Shown here: in pieces, positions 57,370 to 64,000 of the stretch | How the letters are laid out: each line of letters begins with the position of its first letter | Position numbering within the stretch: position 1 is the first letter of the stretch | Source: Phycisphaerae bacterium | Lineage (GTDB): Bacteria > Planctomycetota > Phycisphaerae > UBA1845 > Fen-1342 | Direction: 5' to 3' | Length of the DNA: 64,000 nt | Assembly (NCBI GenBank): GCA_963675745.2 | Contig: CAXXWX010000003.1 | Span: forward strand, 64,001-128,000 | Translations under genes and position numbers: made by a program | The notes under the pieces: generated by a model | Database searches by the model: none | Seen by the model: the letters and a program-made list of their open reading frames with translations, nothing else | Told to the model about the DNA's origin: nothing

Positions 57370-57437
57370 AGTGCCTTCGGCGACTCTGTATGCCGAGCAA
57401 TCGGCCATCTCTGAACCGAACCGGGGCGACGTCTGGC

Positions 57438-59438
57438 TCAGGAAGACTGGGTGGCCTGCGCGGGTTCCCTGGCCGGGGGTCGCAATGGCGGAGCCTCCAG
57501 GTGAAACTCCGGCACCATCAACTTGAGCTGCTGGCGAACGTCGTCGCGAGTCATCTCGTCGGCGCGGTCGAGGAAGCTCTCGATCTCCACAATGAGCTCA
57601 TCAAGATCGACGGGGATGTTCTGCCAGATGCCGATCTTGGGGTGTGCGGTGCGCGAGACGTTTTCGCCATCGATGGCCAGTTCTTCGTACAGTTTCTCAC
57701 CCGGCCGAATTCCGCAAAACTCGATCTTGATGTCCTCTTCCGGGCGAAATCCCGACAGCGTGATCAGATCGCGCGCCAGGTCGAGGATCTTGACCGGCTC
57801 GCCCATGTCCAGCACAAATACCTCGCCCCCGGCCCCCATGGAGGCGGCCTGCAAGACGAGTTGGGCGGCCTCGGGGATTGTCATAAAGTACCGCACCATG
57901 TCCGGGTGCGTCACCGTGACCGGGCCGCCGCGTGCGATCTGCTCCTTGAAGATCGGGATCACGCTGCCGCTGCTGCCGAGCACGTTGCCGAACCTTACCG
58001 TGACAAACTGCGTCTTCGCGCGCCGATCAAGCCCCTGAATGTACATCTCGGCGACGCGCTTTGAGCAGCCCATGATGCTGGTCGGGTTTACGGCCTTGTC
58101 CGTTGAGATCATCACGAATTTCTCAACGTCGCGCCGAACGGCGGCATCGGCAATGGTGCGTGTGCCACGCACGTTGTTCTTGATCGCCTCGCCGGGGTTG
58201 TATTCCATCATCGGCACATGCTTGTGGGCGGCGGCGTGAAAGACCGCCGTCGGCTGCCACGCGCCGAATACGCGGTCCACGCGTTTTGCGTCACAGATGT
58301 CCATGATGCACGGTATCACCTCGAGATCGGCGTGCTTGCGACGAATCTCCTTGTCGATCTCGAACAGGTTCTGCTCGGCCTGTTCGGCCAGCACCAGCCG
58401 GCGCGGCCCGATCCGGGCGACCTGCCGGCACATTTCCGACCCGATCGACCCACCAGCCCCCGTCACCATGACCACGCGGCCCTTGATGAACTTGCCGATG
58501 TCCTTTTCATCGAGCGTCACCGGCGCGCGACCGAGCAGGTCGTTGATGTCCATCTCGCGGATCTGGGCAACCTGCGCTCGGCCGGTGATCAGATCAGACA
58601 TGGCCGGAAGCGTCTTGAACCGCAGGTTGGTCCCCTGGCAGAGTTCGACCACGCGGCGCATCTGGGCGCGCGTCGCGGCCGGCATCGCTATCAGGATCTC
58701 CTCGATGTCATGCTCCGCGCACATCGATTTGATCTGTGCAAGCGATCCTAGAACCTCCACGCCGTGAATCTGCGCACCGCGTTTCGCCGGATCGTCATCA
58801 AGGAAGCCAACCACGCGATAGCTGAGCGTGGGTAGCCGCAAGATTTCGCGCACGACCGTCTCGCCGGCATCACCGGCGCCCAGGATCAGCAGTCGCGGGG
58901 CCACGGCGTCCGTGGTTGATCCAACCTCTTCGTGGTACAGGCGGACCGCCAGGCGCGCCCCACCGACCAGCGCGATCGTGCCGACGAAATCAACCAGAAA
59001 GACCGAGTCTGGAAAATCGCGTCCGCCAAACACATTGGCGCGCAGCCCGGATATCCACTCCAGGTTTGCCAACACGTAGTACAGCACGAATGTGCAGAAG
59101 AAGCTCAGCCACGCGGCGGTCGTAACCTGCATCACGTCACGCAGGCTGACGTACCGCCACCAGCCGCGATGCAGCCCCATGACCGTGAATATCGTGACTT
59201 TGATCAAAACCACGGGCACCAGCAGCGGCAGCCAGAACGTTGGCAGCCACATGCCCATGTCTCGGAAGTTGTATGCAATACCGAAAGCAAAGAACCACGC
59301 CAGCACAAACAGGCCGGCGTGGGCCAGCAGGCTGGTAGTGGCCCGGTGGCCACGTACCCAGGCCCGCAGGGCCCCGGCGTCGTTGCCGTCGTTGCCATCC
59401 GTTGGCGGGTCGTGTTGCGTTTGTTTAGCCGGATCCAC
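57438..59438 (-). CDS. Membrane-bound nucleoside-diphosphate sugar 4,6-dehydratase (CapD/WbpM/PglF type)
   Basis: 4 TM; GAGDAG; DLLGR; TGAGGSIGSE; HAAAHKHVP; ISTDKAVNPT; RFGNVLGS; RYFMTIPEA; IRPGEKLYEEL. Confidence 0.95.
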   Translation of the reverse strand: MDPAKQTQHDPPTDGNDGNDAGALRAWVRGHRATTSLLAHAGLFVLAWFFAFGIAYNFRDMGMWLPTFWLPLLVPVVLIKVTIFTVMGLHRGWWRYVSLRDVMQVTTAAWLSFFCTFVLYYVLANLEWISGLRANVFGGRDFPDSVFLVDFVGTIALVGGARLAVRLYHEEVGSTTDAVAPRLLILGAGDAGETVVREILRLPTLSYRVVGFLDDDPAKRGAQIHGVEVLGSLAQIKSMCAEHDIEEILIAMPAATRAQMRRVVELCQGTNLRFKTLPAMSDLITGRAQVAQIREMDINDLLGRAPVTLDEKDIGKFIKGRVVMVTGAGGSIGSEMCRQVARIGPRRLVLAEQAEQNLFEIDKEIRRKHADLEVIPCIMDICDAKRVDRVFGAWQPTAVFHAAAHKHVPMMEYNPGEAIKNNVRGTRTIADAAVRRDVEKFVMISTDKAVNPTSIMGCSKRVAEMYIQGLDRRAKTQFVTVRFGNVLGSSGSVIPIFKEQIARGGPVTVTHPDMVRYFMTIPEAAQLVLQAASMGAGGEVFVLDMGEPVKILDLARDLITLSGFRPEEDIKIEFCGIRPGEKLYEELAIDGENVSRTAHPKIGIWQNIPVDLDELIVEIESFLDRADEMTRDDVRQQLKLMVPEFHLEAPPLRPPAREPAQATQSS

Positions 59439-59597
59439 TTGCCACCCGTGAGGGGAATGGGCCTCCTGATTGCAGCCGCCCTGCTACACCGTTGCGGAGG
59501 CCCTGCACACTACCTGGCATGGGCGTCTCACCGGTAAGGCCATCGGCGAGCCGCCGGCGCCGCTTGGCACGATATTTGGAACGCAGGTGAAAGCACA

Positions 59598-60776
59598 CTA
59601 GCCCGCCGATGCCTCGAGCGCCTGGCGCATCGATTCGAAGAAAGCCACGATCCGCTCGTCCGCAGCCGCGATGGCGTCGAGACGTTCAAAGCGCGCCATG
59701 GCTTCGGCGGCCCTGCGCTTGTCATTGAGCACCCACGCACAGTAGCCGGCGATCATTTGCGACGCGGCCGACTCGGGGTTTGAATCCCCGGCCTGGACAA
59801 ACTGCCGCATTTGGCGCTCGAGCCATTTCGATTCCCCGGCAGCCTCGTCGAAGTCACCGAAGTACTGTGCCATCTCCGGAAAATCGCTGAACAGGTCAGG
59901 CTTGCGCTCCGTCACGAGATACAGGTTCGTGATTGCCACACCCAAGTGTTCCTGGCCGAGTGCTCCATGTACGGTTAACAACGAGGGCAAGTATGCGTCG
60001 CGCTGCAATCGCCGCAGTGAGCTAAGCAGCGACATCGCGCGGCCCATCTCCGTGGACCGCGCCTCATCATCAGTCGCCGTCGTCGCGGCCTTGAAGTGGG
60101 CCAGCGCCCGGGATTTCATTGCGCTCAAACGCTTGTCCACCTCTGCCTCGAGGCGTGCCGACATCGGCCGGTCGTCCTTGACCTTCGCGTCGGCGGAAGA
60201 CGTATCTTCCGCAGCTGGCCTGAGGTTGAAGAATCGCTGGAAACCAGTCTCCGGCTTCGGGGTGTAATCGGGGCGTGGTACCAGGACACGCGGGGGCCAG
60301 CTTGCGCCGATCAGGTAGTCTGGGACCCGTCGGTGAGAGGTTGCCTCGGTGAAACCGCTCAACGCTCGCAAGCGCTGCGAGTACTCGGGCCGCACGTTGT
60401 AAATTCCGCGATCCGGAATACGGCGATTAGTGAACATACGTACATTCAAGCCGGTATCAAGCGGTAAAGCGCGCAGGGCGGCATGCCCGGTTCCCAGTCG
60501 CGGTGCGGCGCCGGGGATTCCGCGCGCCTCACCCCGCGTTCCCCGGAGCGATGACACCCTGCCCAGTTCGGTGTTAGTGCCGCCAATCTCGCCGAGGTGC
60601 TGAGACGCAGCGCTGCTGCTCGGCCGGTTGACAGCGGCGCGGCGCTGCGCGGGGGCGGAGGCAACGACCAACGCAAGAACGACCGCGATTGTCGCATATC
60701 GGCCGTGTGTCTTGTGCAAACGGAATACCTCGCAATCAGCTCCAGCGGGTTGTGATACACCGTGGCGTCCGATCAT
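59598..60776 (-). CDS. Exported hypothetical protein with helical (TPR-like) C-terminus
   Basis: Signal-like RYATIAVVLALVVASAPAQ, low-complexity middle, helical C-terminus; exact start uncertain. Confidence 0.65.
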   Translation of the reverse strand: MIGRHGVSQPAGADCEVFRLHKTHGRYATIAVVLALVVASAPAQRRAAVNRPSSSAASQHLGEIGGTNTELGRVSSLRGTRGEARGIPGAAPRLGTGHAALRALPLDTGLNVRMFTNRRIPDRGIYNVRPEYSQRLRALSGFTEATSHRRVPDYLIGASWPPRVLVPRPDYTPKPETGFQRFFNLRPAAEDTSSADAKVKDDRPMSARLEAEVDKRLSAMKSRALAHFKAATTATDDEARSTEMGRAMSLLSSLRRLQRDAYLPSLLTVHGALGQEHLGVAITNLYLVTERKPDLFSDFPEMAQYFGDFDEAAGESKWLERQMRQFVQAGDSNPESAASQMIAGYCAWVLNDKRRAAEAMARFERLDAIAAADERIVAFFESMRQALEASAG

Positions 60777-60981
60777 ACCATCGGACGGGCCGACATCAAT
60801 GTGTAAGTCGCCAATGAACCTGGACGAAGATAAAGTTACTGTCGCAGGTTACCGTGCGTTGACACCCAGATTATGACATAATACGTACGGTGGAGCGAGG
60901 TGGGTGTTCGTGATCGCTTCCGAGCAATTCACCTCTCGTCATTTTCGTCCCATAACACGTACGCTCAGGTTGGACACGACA

Positions 60982-63900
60982 ATGAAGCTCAAGCTCGCGG
61001 CCCTTTTGGCCTTGACGTGGGGTGTTGCCGGCTGCCCCATTCAGTTGCCAACATCTGACAGCCCGACAGATGGGAACAGTCTGTCGCCGACCAGCTCAGA
61101 AAATGGCGACGTCAACGACGTGTCATCCGCCCGTGATCTTCCCACGATCGAGAACGGACGCGTCAAAATCCGCATCGTAAACAAGGCAACATCCGCTGCG
61201 ACTGTCCGCACGACGATGCGCATTGCCGGCGTGCAGGTCCACGCTGCCACCAAGCAGGTGCCGGCGGCCCGTGACGACATCGTCGTCGGACCGGACACCG
61301 CGGATGCGGTAGTCGTCGAGGCTACCGTCTTATCGGAACCTCCGGAGACGCTGCCGATCGCGACCTATTTTCTTGGCCGCGACTTTGCCGCCGGCGACAC
61401 CATCCAATACGTGATTCCCGCCGGCACTGACCCGAACGACAACGGCGACTCCGAGCAGCAGGCGCCGCCCGTGGAAGATCCCAACGACGCGCCGGCTGAT
61501 CCCAACGACACACCCGTCGATCCCGGTACCCTCACCGTGGCATTGGCCGATCTCGACCCAGGACTCGTCGTGAATCCCGGCACGCCTGTCTCATTCGGCG
61601 TGGTCACGTCTGCATTCACGTCAGCGGCGACGCTGACCGTGTCCGCCGCGCGCGACGATGGTGTCGGCGACCCGATCGTTGTCGTCGATACCGCGGCGGT
61701 TGCCGACAGCGTCGATGTGGTCTGGGACACGACGGGCGTTGTGCCGGCCACGTATGTGCTCGCGGCGCGGGTGACCGATGGTGACCGCACTGCACAATCG
61801 GATATGTCGACCACCAAGGTGCGTATCAATGCCCAGCCTGACCTCGTGTTTGAACATCCCGTCGACGGCACGGTTGTAACGCGCGGCGAGGGACTGCTGA
61901 TTACCTGGACCGCGACGGATGCGGATGACGATGCGTTGGTGATGGTTTTCATAGACCGTGACGGCCAGGCCGGCACGGATGACGAACAGACGTTGAGCGA
62001 AGGTATCTCTGAAGACGACGCTGGCGATGGTGAGCTGAATCTCGCCACCGACGAACTGGAGCTGGGTACGTGGTTCGTCGGCGGTCAGATCAGTGACGGG
62101 CTGACGACGCGGTTAGTCTACGCCGGCAGTTTCGAGATCGTGGCCGTCCCCGCCCCGTTGTCCATCAGCATCGAAGGTCTCGAGGCCGACCAGGTGGTCA
62201 ACGCGGGCACCAAGGTCGGCTTCGATCTGGTAATGGCGAATTTCTCGGCTGTCGCCCGCGCGACGGTTTTTGCAGACGTTGACGATGATCCGACCAATGG
62301 GCGCGTCACCGTGGCCGAAGACGTCGTCGCGGCCGAACGGGTGGCCGTGTCCTGGGATACGAGTGGTCTGGCGCCGGGTACCTACCGCGTCTACGCACGC
62401 GTGGCGGACGGCTCGACAACCGCCGATTCGGGAGTGGCCGTCGGCACCGTGCGAATCAACGCGTTGCCCGAGCTGGTCATCGTCAGTCCGTTTGAGGACA
62501 CGCTCTTGACGCGCGGCCGACCGTTGGTTGTGGCCTGGGCCGGACAGGATCCTGATGATGAGGCTTCAATCACAATCTTCCTCGATCACGACGGCGTTGC
62601 CGACAGCGGCGACGAAGTCGAGCTGGCAGCCGATGTTCCCGCCAGTGACGTGTCACAACGTGACCTCGAGCTCAATACGTCGGGTCTCGCGGTGGGTGTT
62701 TACTTCATTGGTGGTCGCATCACCGACCAGCTCACCACGATAAACGCCTACGCCGGTGGGACCGTGTCCATCGAGGAGCGCCTGCTGGGCAAATTCACGC
62801 CTGTCGAACTGGGTGCGTCGGGGCTGACGCCGATGACCACGGTGACGCCCGACGGGCAGAATCTCGGCCTCGGCGCGGCGGTGGATATCTCCGGCGATCT
62901 GAATGGGGACGGGCTGGCGGACTTGATCGCCGGCGCGCCGGTGGATGGGCTCTCAGGGCTGCGCGCGGGCGACGGGACGGCGGTTGATCGCGTGTACTAC
63001 CACACGATGGCCGACGGCAACTGGCCGGCCACGTTGAGTGCCTCAACGGCGTCGCTGACGATCGAAGGTGAGACGGGAAGCGGAACTCTGGGGGCGGCGT
63101 TGGCGATTCTGCCATCCGTGGACGGTGATGGAGTCGATGACCTCCTGCTTGGTGCGCCGGCGTACAACTCCCTGGACGGGCGTGTCTATCTGCTCAGCGG
63201 CCGGCCCACCTTGCTCCAGTCAAGTCCGTTCTCGCTCACCAAGCTGGCCGCACCGCTCGGCACTCGTTTCACGGGCTCAGCGGAATTGGCCGGCGCGGCC
63301 GTCGCACACATTGGCGACCTGGACGCCGATGGGACGCCTGATTACGCCTACGGCAGCCCGAATTTCAGTGAGCCGCGTAACGGATATGGCAGCGGCGGGG
63401 TTGTAGCCGCGGTGCGTGGCGGCTTCGTGCCGCCCGAGCTGTACACGACTGAAATCGGTTGGACCACGCCCGGTACACTCTTTGTCGGCCCCGTCGGTTC
63501 ACGTAGCGGCTTCGCAATCGGCTATGTTCGCGACCTCAACGCCGACAAGGCCGATGAACTGCTCATCGGTGCACCGGGCGCCGCGATAAACAACAACGCC
63601 TCGGGCGCTGCCTATCTCGTTTTTGGCCAGCCCGACTTCTTCGACAACTACAACGGTGAATCCTCTGTTGTCGACCTGGCTACGTCCGACAATCGCATCG
63701 TACTGGCCGGTGAGGTCGCCAACGATCAGGCGGGCGCTGCCGTCGCTCACGCTGATTTCAACGGCGACGGCAAGGATGATCTGATCATCGGTGCACCGGG
63801 CGCGGGGCAATTTGCGGGGCGCGTGTATGTCGTGTTCGGCCTGGACGAGCTCGTCGAGACGGAAGCATCCAGCCCGTTATTGTTGGCGAATGTCGGCACG

Positions 63901-64000
63901 GCGGCGCTGCCGGGCGTCGTGCTCAACGGAACGAACGCCGGTGACCTGGTTGGCACGCGCGTCCTGTCAGGCGGGGACTTCGATGGTGATGGCCGCGAAG
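60982..64000 (+). CDS. Large lipoprotein with duplicated Ig-like modules and FG-GAP (integrin-alpha-like) repeats; runs off the right edge
   Basis: Not in the ORF track (no stop). MKLKLAALLALTWGVAGC lipobox; same frame confirmed at 63481; GDLNGDGLADLIAGAP, DGDGVDDLLLGAP, DLNADKADELLIGAPG, DFNGDGKDDLIIGAPG. Confidence 0.88.
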   Translation, partial: MKLKLAALLALTWGVAGCPIQLPTSDSPTDGNSLSPTSSENGDVNDVSSARDLPTIENGRVKIRIVNKATSAATVRTTMRIAGVQVHAATKQVPAARDDIVVGPDTADAVVVEATVLSEPPETLPIATYFLGRDFAAGDTIQYVIPAGTDPNDNGDSEQQAPPVEDPNDAPADPNDTPVDPGTLTVALADLDPGLVVNPGTPVSFGVVTSAFTSAATLTVSAARDDGVGDPIVVVDTAAVADSVDVVWDTTGVVPATYVLAARVTDGDRTAQSDMSTTKVRINAQPDLVFEHPVDGTVVTRGEGLLITWTATDADDDALVMVFIDRDGQAGTDDEQTLSEGISEDDAGDGELNLATDELELGTWFVGGQISDGLTTRLVYAGSFEIVAVPAPLSISIEGLEADQVVNAGTKVGFDLVMANFSAVARATVFADVDDDPTNGRVTVAEDVVAAERVAVSWDTSGLAPGTYRVYARVADGSTTADSGVAVGTVRINALPELVIVSPFEDTLLTRGRPLVVAWAGQDPDDEASITIFLDHDGVADSGDEVELAADVPASDVSQRDLELNTSGLAVGVYFIGGRITDQLTTINAYAGGTVSIEERLLGKFTPVELGASGLTPMTTVTPDGQNLGLGAAVDISGDLNGDGLADLIAGAPVDGLSGLRAGDGTAVDRVYYHTMADGNWPATLSASTASLTIEGETGSGTLGAALAILPSVDGDGVDDLLLGAPAYNSLDGRVYLLSGRPTLLQSSPFSLTKLAAPLGTRFTGSAELAGAAVAHIGDLDADGTPDYAYGSPNFSEPRNGYGSGGVVAAVRGGFVPPELYTTEIGWTTPGTLFVGPVGSRSGFAIGYVRDLNADKADELLIGAPGAAINNNASGAAYLVFGQPDFFDNYNGESSVVDLATSDNRIVLAGEVANDQAGAAVAHADFNGDGKDDLIIGAPGAGQFAGRVYVVFGLDELVETEASSPLLLANVGTAALPGVVLNGTNAGDLVGTRVLSGGDFDGDGRE

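Noticed and set aside
1..64000. Prophage, IS element, integron, defence system, tRNA or rRNA genes
   Set aside because: No integrase, transposase, phage structural or defence motifs in the ORFs, and no tRNA T-arm/cloverleaf noticed by eye; tRNAscan-SE would confirm.

Overview
GC-rich (roughly 63-65%) chromosomal core region, most likely from a Planctomycetota bacterium of the class Phycisphaerae. This is inferred from the C-terminal dockerin-like sorting domain, tandem Zn-ribbon signal peptidases, CxxCGYDLRG zinc-ribbon membrane protein and orphan GroES. Housekeeping content: isc operon (Rrf2-iscS-iscU-iscA-hscB, truncated at the left edge), lptB, two lepB paralogs, larB, nnrD, dtd, dus, glpX, cysS, folD, rpmF-plsX-fabH-fabD-fabG, pfkA, hisS and a capD-like dehydratase. 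Envelope and signalling content: a 1613-aa S8 protease with 21 x 33-aa Cys/Asp repeats, a GT-C/flippase/GT-C/MEMO-like operon, three tandem PilZ proteins, an ECF sigma/anti-sigma/tandem-STN trio and a large FG-GAP lipoprotein running off the right edge. I found no tRNA, rRNA, CRISPR array, prophage or transposase. The most promising unexplained signals are: (1) a ~300-340 nt intergenic stretch after hisS whose ends pair in nested helices (candidate 6S-like or novel ncRNA); (2) the receptor-less ECF/anti-sigma/STN trio with an ECF-type autopromoter; (3) an operon of tiny exported paralogs; (4) an AT-rich DnaA-box region that could be oriC; (5) a FolD lacking both cyclohydrolase residues; (6) a 44-aa lipoprotein ORF missed by the ORF track; and (7) many REP-like and heptamer/octamer intergenic repeats. 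Three genes (btpA-like, pfkA, ykgJ-like) carry indels that may be assembly errors. All calls come from reading motifs by eye; no searches were run.
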